From: Octopus bimaculoides
Lineage: Eukaryota
Direction: 5' to 3'
Assembly (NCBI RefSeq): GCF_001194135.2
Contig: NC_068981.1
Coordinates: forward strand, 36,624,200 to 36,688,199
Length of the DNA stretch: 64,000 bases
The notes below the pieces were generated by a model. It made no database searches and was not told the origin of the DNA. It saw only the letters and a program-made list of their open reading frames with translations. The translations under genes were made by a program, and so were the position numbers. Of this stretch, positions 11,916 to 25,034 are shown piece by piece. The stretch's first letter is position 1, and every line of letters starts with the position of its first letter.

Positions 11916-13289
11916 CCACTATCTGTTTTACTACGTTTTTATTTTGAAATGTGTTACTTAAGTTCCCTACACCAAAGACTTAAACTAATCTCATCCTCTA
12001 AATCATGCTGCACCAAAATTACTTTGTGCTAAAATCTTTTGTTTAGTTCCAAATTTATGATCAATGCCATTCCAGCCATGATTAGATTTCTTTTTTCAAG
12101 AATAGAGAGATTTATCTGTTATTTCCAGCTGGTCAAGTGGCCACATAGAGACATCTTGTTCTTCATTCACTTTTCTATTAATGCATCTGGCTGTTATGCA
12201 CTATGCTGTTTCATATGAGATTTACATTTTTTAAAATATTATTGAATGTCTTCTCATCAGTTATTGCAATGATGACAATCAATACTAGTAAAGTTAGTAC
12301 TAACATATATTTACTACAAAGAACATTTAAAAGCTAAATAAAAATAATTATACAGATACGATTGCAGTCAGTGAATAATATTGTTTCATTTTCTGAGCAA
12401 GTGTAGAGATACAACACCATTCTAAACATCTTTTAATTTTATTCTCATCTCCTCAGGGAACCATAGACATTCTTGCAAATATAGTAATGAATAAATTCCT
12501 ATGTAAATATAAAAAGATTGCACATATATTGTCACAGGAAAATAAAATTCTTTAGAGGCATTTGATATCTTAGCACTAAGTTACCTATTGCTTTTCATGC
12601 AGATGAGTGTTTCTGAATTATTTATTCTCTAAACAGCACTAGCGAAAAGTTCTGTTACCATACTTAAGGCCTTTCCAAATTCATACTGGCATTGCTTTCA
12701 AAACTAAATTAGTGTTTGTAGTAATTTCTTAGTAAATAGAATAGGTATGCTAGTCCTAATTCAATAGACAACCATCTTTCCTGCCGAAATAGTAGATTTA
12801 TAGACACTTAAAAGGGCAATTGAAGGACAGTGTAGAAACTTATATAATTTGAAGCATTTAATATTTTCTTTTCAATTATTCTGGGTTGATTGAGATAAAG
12901 AAAATCACCTAATATTGCAAGTTTTATAATGTAAAGTTGTATCAGAAGAATAATATTTTAAAATAGTATTCATCAAGATTATAATAGTATCCCTTAGGGA
13001 CTGTCACAATGTCCTAAATAATATTTGAAGAGTCCTTGAATAGAACATGAAAACTTATGTCCTTTGTTCTTTGAGTGACACATTTGAATGGAGAAGGAGA
13101 AGTTTTATAACCAATTTAATGTCAATGTAAACAAAATAACTTTGTGACACCATTTCATGGCGATAGTTAGATCTTATAGGGTATACATAGTATGAAAAAT
13201 GTTTCAGAAGAAATCTTTAGATGATATCTCCCTTAGCAAAACTACAGCCTTTGATATCATGGGCATATATTGAGAGGCAGGCATTTATT

Positions 13290-13780
13290 AAGAATGGGAA
13301 CACGGATATTGTTTGTAGTTAGTAGAACAAAGGAGACTCCACCAGTCCCTTCTAGATTGGTAATGTAAATGGAGTATTTATTTTACTTGAATGTCTTCAG
13401 GTTGATGTTTGTATAATAAAATCAAGGATAGGTACAGAATTCTGTAGGATGGCAGCTTGGGGGATAAGGGTTTGCTGAAATCTTCAGTAAGGTATTGAGG
13501 GAGGTGGATGCATCTTGTGATGCATGCAAGGATTTGTTAGTTTAGAAGATTAATTTGTAGGAGTGAAAAATGAGATAAATGAGGACATAGTGGTGAGTTA
13601 GTGGGTGCTGGAGGAAGGGAGAAACTCAAATTTACATTTTCTAAGGGTGATAAGAATACTCTCAGGATTGGTCATTTTGTTTGGCTAAATTGGCCATAAT
13701 TTTCACATCTGGTTGATGTTTGCATGTGACAAGGAGGAAGATTGTCTAATGACAGGGGGAAGGTTGACTAATGATTGTGG
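13290..13780 (-). mobile_element. Possible Penelope-like RT remnant
   Basis: Reverse strand gives frameshifted traces of the SxDxxSL and Q-xG-xxGSPL-xxLANI motifs. Heavily decayed. Confidence 0.3.
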
Positions 13781-13864
13781 TTGTGAAAGTAAGAGCAGTA
13801 AAGGTGATTAAAACAGCAGCAATTGTGGTATAGCTGCAGTTGCAGCAGCAGTGCAAATTAGCAG

Positions 13865-14147
13865 TATTAATAGAGAACTGATGCAGTAGAGCAGCAGCAG
13901 CAGCAGCCAAAGTAGTAGTAATAGCAGCAGCAGTGGTAATAGTAGTAGTGGTGGTGGTGGTGGAGATGGTGGTGTTGGTGGTATTGGTGATGGTAGTTGT
14001 TGTAGATGTAGTAGTAGTAGAAAATTTAGCAGCAGCAACAGTTGTAGTGTTGGGGAGTGAATTTTAGGAGCCGTGGCTTCAACAAATATACACAGGCACA
14101 CACACACACACACACACACACATGCAAACACACACACACATACACAT
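13865..14147. repeat. Compound triplet (CAG/TAG/TGG/TTG) tract followed by (CA)n
   Basis: Direct observation. Confidence 0.85.
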
Positions 14148-14529
14148 AAACTCAGTTGCACTTGTATATGTACATGCAATTTCTTTCTCGCTCTCTTCTT
14201 TCTAACCTCTCATACATGCAAGGAAAAAAAAAATAAAACAATAGAAGTGAAAGTGAAAGTTCATAAATGTTACAGAGATCAATAACTGAATAATGATCTC
14301 TTTTTAAAATTTTTTGAAAGAAGGTACGTTGAATTGATTTCACCTAACTAGATAGATAACATACTGAAATACTGACTCATGTGCATCACAGTTCATATCC
14401 AACTGTAGCTGCATTTCAGTTAACTCCTTAGGGCAATTCATTTTCATTGACATGCATCAGTTTACTTCTGGGAACTTTGATTATATAATATTGTTTTATC
14501 GATATTGACATATTATATAATTATTTTAA

Positions 14530-14870
14530 TGATTTTTGTCATTGGACTTTAGGCATGCTGTGGCACTACCCTTAGGATTTTAGTTGATCATATCGACCCC
14601 AGCACTTATTTCAGTTGCATTCTTATTTTATTGATTTCTAAACTGCCTTTTGTTGTAAAATGATGCAGCTTGACATACTATTTTATATCAATATACACAA
14701 ACATAGACACACATACATGATAAGAATCTGCTTAGTTTCGATTAAAAAAAATTCAACTCACATGACATTACTTATTCTTCTATAGAAGACATTTGCCCAA
14801 GATACCATATTGTGGGATCGAACCTGAAATCCAGTAGTTGAAAAGTGAATTTGTTAATCACCTGATGAAG
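14530..14870 (-). mobile_element. Degenerate CORE-like tRNA SINE
   Basis: Collinear with 1425-1817 (ATCGACCCCAG...GAAGACATTTGCCCAAG...TTGTTAATCAC). Confidence 0.7.
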
Positions 14871-15667
14871 CATATGATTGCAAAATAAATTTGTTAACCA
14901 CATGTTTATGTTTGTGCTTATAGTATATATATGTTTAATAAATGTAAACGTTAATTCATTGTTTTACATATGAGGCAATTCAGAAATGAAGTTAAATTTC
15001 AGTTAATGTTAATATGCTTAAAAATATTTAGCCTCATTGTACAAGTGACAGCTACTCATCTACATGATGATAGAGTCCATTAGCACTTGAAACTAGCCTC
15101 TGAGTTATTAGATATAGTTTGCAAAAAAACACCTGGCTTCATAATTCCGAATTTATCTCACAGCAAGAGTAAATACTTCTAAAGCTTTTTCATATGTTTT
15201 GAGCGTCAAAAACGTTTTCACACACTGAACTGTCATTGTTATTAAGTGCAGGTCAGCCTAGATGCTGTGGACCTATGGTCAAGCATATTGCAGCTATGAC
15301 CATCTCATTTGTTTTTTTTTTTATATGCTTAGTTTATCTGGGACTACATTATCCAATATCTGCTTCTTCTGTTAAGACAGTATGGTGTGATATGAAGGAG
15401 ATTTGGCTGCTATTTCTAGTAGATGGTGTAATCTCAAAAAGGGTCCCATTCAACAGTAGTGTTATCCATGGTTTGTTTAACATATTTCAGTTGATAATTT
15501 CAATATTATTTTGCAGCAAGATTAAATACTTTTTAAGCCCATTAATATATTGCAGAAGTGAAATATGTCTTCATGTAGAAAACTTCAATAATTATACTGC
15601 ATTGTATTCCATATAATCTTATATTGTAGAGTGTGCATTTCAGAAAAATAGAAATACATACGAGTAT

Positions 15668-15867
15668 TCTTTTATTCTTTTACTTGTTTCAGTCAATGCA
15701 CTATGGCCATGCTGGGGCACTACTTTAAAGGCTTTAGTTGATGAAATCAACCCCAGGTCTTATTTTGAGTTTGGCACTTATACTCATGGCCACTTTTTAG
15801 CCAAACCACAAAGTTACAAGGACATAAACAATCCAACACCATTTGTCAAGCACATATATATGGATGT

Positions 15868-15951
<84 letters not shown>

Positions 15952-16110
15952 TATATAGCAAGCTTCCATATAGTCAGTCTATTAGACTCACTAAGAAGGC
16001 ACTGGTTGGCCTGGAGCTATAGTAAAAAACACTTATTCAAGGTGCTATACAATGTTACTTGAACCTGAAAATCACATGGTTCCAAAGCAGACTTCTTAAA
16101 CCATTCAACC
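15668..16110 (-). mobile_element. CORE-like tRNA SINE with expanded internal (CA)n (15868-15950)
   Basis: Collinear with 1425-1817. Confidence 0.8.
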
Positions 16111-16192
16111 ATACTTATATGTGAATTATCAAAATCTATATATTCATGATAGATGTATTGCTATTCATTGATGAATTATTATGTATTGATTA

Positions 16193-18403
16193 CACTGGTT
16201 TACAGAGAAATTGGTTTACAGAAAAATTGAGGCAAACAGAAAAATAGTTGTTTGAGCCTAATTTTGTGGTGCTGATTTCAGAAACAAAATCAGTTTTCAC
16301 TCATCACTTCTAAATTTTGAGATATACATTATTATGATTTTGCGACAGTTCACATAACCATATATATGATCAATTCTTATTTTGTTTTCCAGATTTTTGT
16401 GATACACATGATACATATCTCTACAATGGCTTCAGGCACTTCAAAACACCAAGGATGCATCAACAAGGCAAATTCACTCTGCTATGTGTATGGGGATTTC
16501 AAAACAGTTGTACAGCGCCAAACAATTACTTCTCTCCTGAGAATTGCTTACTTTCATTATTTTGACTGTAAAATTGGAGATCAGGACAAATCCTGGGCCC
16601 CACACATTTGTTGTAAACCCTGCTACAATGGACTAACTGTATGGTTTAACAACAAAAAAGCAGCCTTCAATTTTGCTGTCCTGATGATCTGGAGAGAGCC
16701 ATGAAGCCATGCAGATGATTGTTATTTTTGTCTAACAAATATAACAGGTTTCAATGCTTCTTCTCGGAAAAAAATCAAATATCCCAACCTTCCCTCAGCT
16801 ATGAAACCTGTTCCCCACTCAGATGATTTCCCTGTCCCTAAACCCCCAGCAAATAAGGATCTTCTTCTTTCATCAAATGAAGAAATGCCTTCAGGGGAAG
16901 ATTCTGCCAAGTCGATTTCTTCTGAAGACAATGTCTGTTTATTCAGGACCAAGTGGCAATGAGCCCCATTGGATCATGCTGGAAGACCTGAATGACCTTG
17001 CCTGAGATTTGTATCTATCTAAGCAGCAGTCAGAGCTTCTGGCACCCTGGCTTAAGCAGTGGAATCTGGTCAACTGGAAACTGGTAAGGTTCACCAGTTT
17101 CAGGACACGGAGACAGGGCTTTGTTTCTTCCTTCAATAGGGAAAACAGGTTGGGCAATTGCACAAATGTCTCTGGCTTGTTCACCTTCCTTGGTTTCCCA
17201 CACAGTCCCTCATAGACTCTTCCAAGCGAGGTCTGAAGGCTGTGCTCCTGGACACTGGGAATAAATACCCCAGCATTCCCATTGCCTACTCAGTCCATCT
17301 GAAGGAGTTGTATGAGAATATGAACCTCCTTTTGGAAGCTGTCAAGTACAACCAGTATCAGTGGAGTCTCTGTGGGGACCTCACCGGCATTGGGCTCTTA
17401 TGGGAATGCAAGCAGGCTTCACAATGTAATGTTGCTTTCTCTGTCTCTGGAATAATCAGGCTGTGTCCAAGCACTATGTGCAGAAGGACTGGGGATCTAG
17501 GAGTACTTTCGTGCCTGGTGGATACAGTGTCCAAGAAAATCCTCTGGTGGACATGAACAATGTGTTTCTTCCTCCTCTTCATATCAAGCTTGGTTTAATG
17601 AAGAATTTTGTGAAGACCATGGACAAAAATGGCACTACTTTCCAACACTTGTGCACTCTGTTCCCAGCTCTGAGTTCTGCAAAGCTCAAGGAGGGCATCT
17701 TCATTGGAACTCAGATCTGAGAGATGCTGAAGGATAAGGACTTTAAGGAACTTCTTACCTTAAAGAAACTGAAAGCATGGGAAGAATTTAAGTAAGTCTG
17801 TCATGGCTTCCTTGATAACACTGGTACTAGATTACCAAGAGTGTATTGAGAAGTTGTTACAATCTTATGATTATATGGGATACTGAATGTCACTCAAAAT
17901 TCTCTTTCTCCACTGCCACCTCAACTTCTCCCCTCCAAAGCTCAGAACAATGAGTGATGAGCATGGAGAAAGGTTCCACCAAGATATTATTAAGATGGAG
18001 AGCAACTACCAAGGCAAGTGGAACCTCAGCATGATGGGGTACTTTTGCTGGATGCTCTTTCATGACACCCTAGAGGCAAAGTACACAAGATCGTCCAAAA
18101 CAAACTTACTTCTGTCTGTTGTACTATGATTTGTGTGTATTGCACTATCCATGTAATTTAGTTCCATCAATGTTTGGTATCTATGCTGTTTTTTTCTGTA
18201 ATATGCCTTTGTAACATATGAAATAAGTACATTATATTTTGAATTTATATGCAGTATAATTAAAATGAGAAATGTGAAAGCGAAAAAACTAGATAATATA
18301 GAGCAAAACTGTTCAGAAAATTGAATTCACCACATCAAAATTAGTAAAAAGCACCTATTCACATCCTTGCCTCAGAGCAAAAAACAATTTTTGTAAACCA
18401 GTG
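16193..18403 (+). mobile_element. Complete Chapaev3-type (CMC superfamily) DNA transposon, 2211 bp
   Basis: Termini CACTGGTTTACA...TGTAAACCAGTG. TTA direct repeat on both sides (16190-16192, 18404-18406). Transposase motifs inside. Confidence 0.88.
16426..18129 (+). pseudogene. Disrupted Chapaev3-like transposase
   Basis: N-terminal Cys/His finger (C..CYV.G...GDQDKSWAPHICCKPC...WREP*SHADDCYFC), then DSSKRGLKAVLL, CGDL, LPPLHIKLGLMKNFVK, SSAKLKEGIFIG, SDEHGERFHQDI, YQGKW. Several stops and frameshifts. Confidence 0.9.
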
Positions 18404-18429
18404 TTAATTTTGAAAGACAGTTATCACTA

Positions 18430-18700
18430 TCACCATCATTTTTATGTCTGTTTTTCCCTGATGGCCAAGCTTGGATGATTAGTTTCAATATTGTATCTCT
18501 CCAATTGACATGATCCTTTGTCATCTCCTTTGTGAAGCTCAACATTCTGAGATCACCCTCTTGTTACTTTTAGTCACAACTTCTTTTGTTCTATATTTTC
18601 ATTAAATTTCTACTTCCATCATTTGGCATTTTTCACCCAAGACCTGTCTGTCAGAGTGAAAGTGAGATCCTAAAAGCATTAGGTTTATGTCTATACACTT
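18430..18700 (-). mobile_element. RTE LINE 3' end
   Basis: Reverse strand encodes DLRMLSFTKEMTKDHVNWRD (RTE C-terminus-like), followed by ATCCAAGC...GGAAAAACAGACATAAAAATGATG, the tail shared with the SINEs. Confidence 0.7.
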
Positions 18701-19659
18701 ACTGAGCCCTGTTCCTGCACCCAATTTATCCTTGTCAAGCTTTCTCAATCTCTCATCTTTTAACATCCATCCCTCCATCACTGCTTTAGCAATGGCACTA
18801 TGCAGCTGCTGTAATCATATGACAGCAAACACTGCACATATTACTTTCCCTTTATGCTACTTGTTACCTCTGCCTGGAATCACTTCCTTTAACATCTATC
18901 ACTCATCCTATTTTTTATTTTCCACTGCTCACTCACCCTTTTCTCTACATCTAGCAATCTCTCCCTCTTCTTTGAGTAACATTTTAGGGCTGCTGTATCT
19001 CATTTCTAACACCCTCTCATATTTGATACTACTCTCATCACCCCCTCATATCTGTTCTAAGTCACTATAGACACCGCTACATATCTTTGAATTCTATCTC
19101 TGTACGTTTCTCACTCTCTCACCCCCACCAATTTTCTAATATCTTTACACTCTTTCCCTATTTTCTGATCTGCTCACAGACTTATAATACTGCAACTCTC
19201 CACCCACTTCTTTTACTGCCATTAATCACCCACTTCTTCCTGAGCTATTTCATTTACCACCTTCCTCACATTATACTTATCATCAACCACACATCCACCC
19301 TTGTACATTACTCACTATATAAACATCTACTCTACTCCCTAAGCACCTGATACTCTCCTTTCCCATTTCTGTGAACTTATCTAACCACATCTCCCCTTCC
19401 TCAGTCCATATTCCATCTTATACTCACTTTCTTGTACATTGACTGTATGTTCCGTCATTTCATCACTAACATCTCTATCTCTTTTCCAGGTTTATCTTTC
19501 ATGGCAAGTGACCTGTCCCCATCCCTCAGTCATACTTCAGCTTCTCAACAGCAAGCATAAAACCACATCACCCTCTCTTATAGTCACACTCAGTTAAGGG
19601 GGCTGGTGGTAGTCCTCCTCCTCCTCCTCCTCCTCTCTTTTTCTTTGTACTGCAAGTTA

Positions 19660-19870
19660 CTCGGGAAGCACACATGTATCGGTGTCACAAATAAAGCACC
19701 CAGCACACTCTGTAAAGCAACTGACATTAAGAAGGGCATCCAGCGATAGAAAACATGCTGAAACAGACATTGGAGTTCAATGTGGCCCTCCAGTTTGTTG
19801 GATCCTGTCAAACCATCCTACCCATGCCAGCATGGAAAACAGACGTTAAATGTGGATGACGATGATGAGG
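19660..19870 (+). mobile_element. SINE 3' half with RTE-type tail
   Basis: AAGGGCATCCAGC...CCCATGCCAGCATGGAAAACAGACGTTAAATG. Confidence 0.8.
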
Positions 19871-20864
19871 TTAGCATATGCTGGGCAGATTAGCAAAATA
19901 TCTTATCACTCTCTTCATGTGTCATGCCTACATATGAAATAAGAAATAGACTAAGATAATACAGTTCTATATTTAATAGATGAGGAATTATGTACATTAT
20001 TTACATTCGACGGATATTTGTCCTCATCTTGATCGTCTTACAGTTTTTATCTACCAAATCCACTCACAAGGTTTTGTTGCCCAGGGGCTATAGTAGAAGG
20101 TGTCATGCTGTAGTTGGGAAGAAAACTTCTTAACCATATATCCACACATGTAGACAAGAAACGTATCTTAAAATGTAAATGATGATGGTGATGTCAATGA
20201 GAATGATGACAATGACGATGATGATGATAATGACAGTGATGTTACTGCAACTGACGATGATGATTATGATTATGATGTAGACAATAATAACAACAGTGCT
20301 TGATTGTTCTAAAAATTATTTTTATATTTTCTTATTTCTTCTGCACAACATTATTTCTTACTTCAACCACTTCTTCTGATACATTTATTTAGCATTTTTA
20401 TTCCTACTTCAATATGTCTAATCTAAAGTAATGTATATTCAGTCTATAATGCTTTTTATTACTGACAAATTCTCAGTGCTGATGTCAAATTACATCAATG
20501 GAAATAAAACTTCTACGTATATTATAACATGTATATTATACATAAATAAATGTAGATGGTAAGGGATAGAAAGTAAAAGACAGGCTATAAGTTGAATTAG
20601 GATAAGTGATCAGTCTTTAGTGTACCTGCTCATATAGCTGGAGCTTATCCATACTTTCAAGGCATTTGAAGTGACAGCATAAGACTTCCCACTGAATGTG
20701 ATTCAGCTCCGTTGCAACACTAACCCCAAAGTGCCACTGGTGTTCATTTACAGCTCAGTGTACTAGGGCCATCTTAACAACATTATAGGCTCCCAGGCAA
20801 ATCCTTGTACTGAGCCCTAAAGCATTTATTTAATTATTCATAACAAATCATAGTATAGATCATT

Positions 20865-21085
20865 ATCATCCTTTAATGTCCATTTTCCATCCTGGCATGG
20901 ATTGGATGGTTTGGCCAGAGCTGGTAAACTGGAGAGCTGCATCAGGTTCCAGTCTGATTTGGCTTGGTTTCTATGACTGAAGGCCCTTCCTAACACCAAC
21001 TAGTTTGCAATGTGCCCTGGTTGCTTTTAACATGGTGCCAGCACAAGTGCTTTTATGTGACACTAGCATGAGTGCTTTTTACATG
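20865..21085 (-). mobile_element. SINE 3' half with RTE-type tail
   Basis: Inverted homologue of 19660-19870. Confidence 0.8.
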
Positions 21086-23356
21086 ACTATACCAGCACAG
21101 AATTCTTGTAGGTCAATCCTCTTCACCAGGGGAGTAACCTTAACACTTCTGCTGTGGGGTATGGGTGTTCTTGAGTATATATAGATCACAATTGGGATCC
21201 TAGACCAGTGAAGGTTCCTTGGTAGCTGCTTAGTGTATTCATGCTCTAAGACAGCACTGAGTTTACTGACAAAATATAAAATGAAGTACATTGTTCAAGG
21301 ACACAGCAAACTGCCTGTCTGAGAATATAACATAAACTCATAATCTAACAATCATGAATTTGGTACTCTAGCCCCTGGGCCGTGTATCTTCATAGGGTAA
21401 GTGGATAACTTGTATTTTATTCACATTTTAAAGATAAATATTGATTTTATTTGGTTAGATTTTCGCTATTCAAGTTCATATATATTAACTATGCATTCTG
21501 TTTATCCCAATGAAATGGATAGAAAACTTGAATCAAGCTGGATTTGAATAGAGAAAATGAAGAAACCTAAAAGACTGAATTACTTGGTGTAAAGTATTGT
21601 TTTGTCTTAGCCATCTTCATTAGTTGCTTTACCAAAACCTTGAAAGAGAAATTAAGATTTGAATTACTAGCAAAGTAAATAAACAAATAATTAAGGTGTG
21701 GTTCCTTTGATAATTAAAGGATGATTGTTAATGAAATTTCTTGTTGCAGCCTAATTCCTTACATTTATATTTTATCAGTTTTCTGTTTTAAATATTTTTT
21801 CTTCATTTTCCTTTAATTACCTTTATGTGTTGTCTAATTCTTGAGAATTCCATCTATGCCAAAGTAAGTTACTACAATTAATGGTATGCAACTAATAGTT
21901 GATTGATATCATTAGTTGTTTCAATGTATTAGTCGTATCAATATAAATAGCCCCTCCTCATCATCATCATTATCATTATTTCCATCCTTGTTCTTATCCT
22001 CGTCGTTACAACCGTCATCACCATAACCATTATCAATTATTTAATTTTCACACAATAGTTATCCTACTATATAGTGTATATGTGTACGTCAGTGTGTCTC
22101 TGTGTGTGAGAATATTGTGTGTATGTGCATATGTGTGTGTGTTTGTTTATGTGTGCATGTGTGTGCGTACATGCACACGTGAGTTCATGCATGTAGATGA
22201 GCTTGTGTTTTAGCAAATGATTAATTTTTTTCACCATCATTAAGGGTTTATGATCCAACATTTGTTGATTGTAAGGATCTGATAGAATGGCCTAAATTGT
22301 TTAAAATATAGCACAGTATCGATTTTATAAAATAAGGTAAACAGCCGTGATAACCACTATAGCCATCCTTCTTCACCTCCTCCTACTCCTCATCATCACC
22401 ACCCCCACCATCACCGCTGCCATTTCCACCACTGCATCACCATTATCCTTATCATTACTATCATCATCATTGATACAATCATCAAAACTGCAATTCATTG
22501 CAATGATCAGCTTAAACATTATCACTGCTACCGCTCAGAACCATTACTACCATCATCTTAGACAATAGGAATTTCAAGCCACCTATCATCATTACTAGCT
22601 GGGCCTGCTTGAAATAACAATGAGATCCCCCTCAAATTAGACCCTTCTATCTTAAGAAAAGTAATGACACACTGGATCAAAGTTGTCTGGGGTGGGGGGT
22701 AAAAAAGGCATTATAATGCCCACTAGTGTTACCTGAAACAATAAGCTTTTTAAACCATGCACCTGCACAACTTAGTATTGTTATCACTTCTATAATTCTT
22801 AGCAATAAAACAGCACAGCAGAGGAAAAATTATAATGGGTACACACACACACACACACACACACATACACACAATCTAAGACTACCAGACTTTCTCTAAA
22901 TCAATGATGGTGTACCATTTTAGTTCAGCATGTTGAAGCTGCAATTTCTTTGATAGTCCTATTACTGGAGTGACACTTCACTTCTATGTATGTATATATT
23001 TTAGCTATGCTACCAACGTATGACAGAATATGTCTATGAATATACCAGCCAGCCAGCTCTGCATGTTACAATGAATGTAAGCAAACATTTATACAATATG
23101 TTTGTAAACAGAAAAAAAAAATGACAACAGTTGTACATGCATGTTTTCATTCTAGAAGAGTCTTTGTCAGTAACAATGCATCCTCTACAACAATCCAGGA
23201 ACGGATTGCTTATAAACTAACAAATATTATGGGGTAAAGTAAACTAGGATTGATCAATTTTCATATTTAATGCTCTATTGGTAGCTGACTCAGTTACTAA
23301 ATCGCTGGTGTGTTAACTGTGTTTTGTTTCATTGATATAGTGTACTAAAGAACATA

Positions 23357-23510
23357 TCCTCCTCCTCCTCTTCCTCCTCCTCCTCCTCATCATCATCATC
23401 AGCAGCAGCAGCAGCAATGACAACAACAACAACAACGACAACAACAACAACAACAACGAAAACCACCACAAGCACCACAAGCTCCACGACCGCCACTACC
23501 ATCATTATCA
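23357..23510. repeat. Compound triplet tract (TCC)(TCA)(GCA)(ACA)(ACC)
   Basis: Direct observation. Confidence 0.9.
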
Positions 23511-23724
23511 TGACTTTCTGTGCTTTTATGTATCAGATGGAATTCTTTGGCCAGAAGGCCTCACCTGTTGCTAGCCCTCACCTGTTGCTAGCCCTCACCT
23601 GTTTCCAAGCAACGAAATATTTCTTAGTAGGTGAACATGTTTTTATGGAACATTGGAAATGAGGTCACTATTTGTTTATAAAGAGACACAAACACCATAC
23701 GCATATACTAAATATATGATAGGT

Positions 23725-23870
23725 TATTTCGTTTTCCACAGACGAAATCCACTCAAAAAGCTTAGGTCTGCCTGGGGCTACAACTGAAGACACTTGCCCA
23801 AAGTGCTGTTCAGTAGGACTGAACTTAAAGTCATGTGGTTGGGAAGTAAACTTTTCAACCATACAGCCAA
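23725..23870 (-). mobile_element. CORE-like SINE 5' part
   Basis: AAATCCACTCA...GAAGACACTTGCCCAAAG...CTTTTCAACCATACAGCCA. Confidence 0.75.
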
Positions 23871-24154
23871 TATTAGTTGTAATAAGTGTAAACAATACTT
23901 TAATACAATATGTTTGAGGACAGAAAAAAGATTCCAACTAGAATTGACATGGAGACATACAGCTGTTCTTTCTTTTTATATTTGCAAACATATCACATAG
24001 CTGTATTATTTACATTTGTGTGCATACAATGTTGGCTAATAAATATGTAGAGATGTACATTATAGCAACAGAAGGAAACTTTTGTACCTACCAGTAATTT
24101 AACATGTTTCTTTGCTTTAAGTAGATGCTTACAGATATATGCATCTGCCTTTAT

Positions 24155-24540
24155 GGCAAGACATGTGTAGGTGTGACTATGTGGTTTGGTTAATAAACCT
24201 TCTTCCCAACTATGTGATTTTAGCTTTAGTCCCAATGCATGACACCTAGATCTAGTGTCCTCTACTACAATGCTGGGTCAACCACAGTGCAGTGAATGGA
24301 TTTGGCAGACAGAAGCTAAAAGAAACCTGTTGTGTCTATGTTTACATACATCATCATCGTGATTATCATTACCACACAGGAATTCCTGTATCCAAGGACT
24401 GCATCAAACTCCAGTATCTGCTTTGGCATGATTTTTATGACTGGATGCCTTTCCTAATGCCAACCTCTTTACAGCTTGAACTGGGTGCTTTTTTTTGTAC
24501 TACCTACACCATTGAGATTAGCATGCAGTTTGCAGAACTA
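24155..24540. mobile_element. Adjacent degenerate SINE head (+) and SINE tail (-)
   Basis: Degenerate matches to the two main SINE modules. Confidence 0.55.
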
Positions 24541-24985
24541 TGAGACCTGAGGTAGGTGGTAGTGGTAAGGAGGAAGGTCAGGTTTCATGCAAGAGAATGA
24601 GGGGATTACTATAAAAGAGGTGGCAGATATAGTTCTTGTTGAGGGATCTGATGTCTACTCACTTCTAGTATAGAAACAAAGTGGAGGAAGAAGGAAACAA
24701 ACAAAAAGAATGCAGCTCAGATAATGGACAGAGTCAACGACAATTGAAAAGGTTGTAAGACGCAACAAAAATTCTAGAAAAAATGAATAAGTAAATGAGT
24801 GAAAATTGAACTGCTGAGTGTGTTAAGTAATAAGGCACTAAAAGAGAATGACTCTTCCCTGACACAATAAAATATATTATATGCATGTCTGTATAATTGT
24901 GATATTTTGAAATCATCTGATACATACATTTTCAGGTTTGCGTAATATATAAGAAATGCATCCATTACTCTTCCTCAGCATAACA

Positions 24986-25034
<49 letters not shown>

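Noticed and set aside
13808-14179. Low-complexity Leu/Pro-rich 123-aa ORF (also the ORFs at 11653-11947, 23329-23662 and 59660-59929)
   Set aside because: They derive from triplet or hexamer repeats, with no splice or homology support.
19978-20029. 9-bp inverted repeat hairpin (AGATGAGGA...TCCTCATCT)
   Set aside because: Too short to distinguish from a fragment of a small dispersed repeat. No evidence of function.
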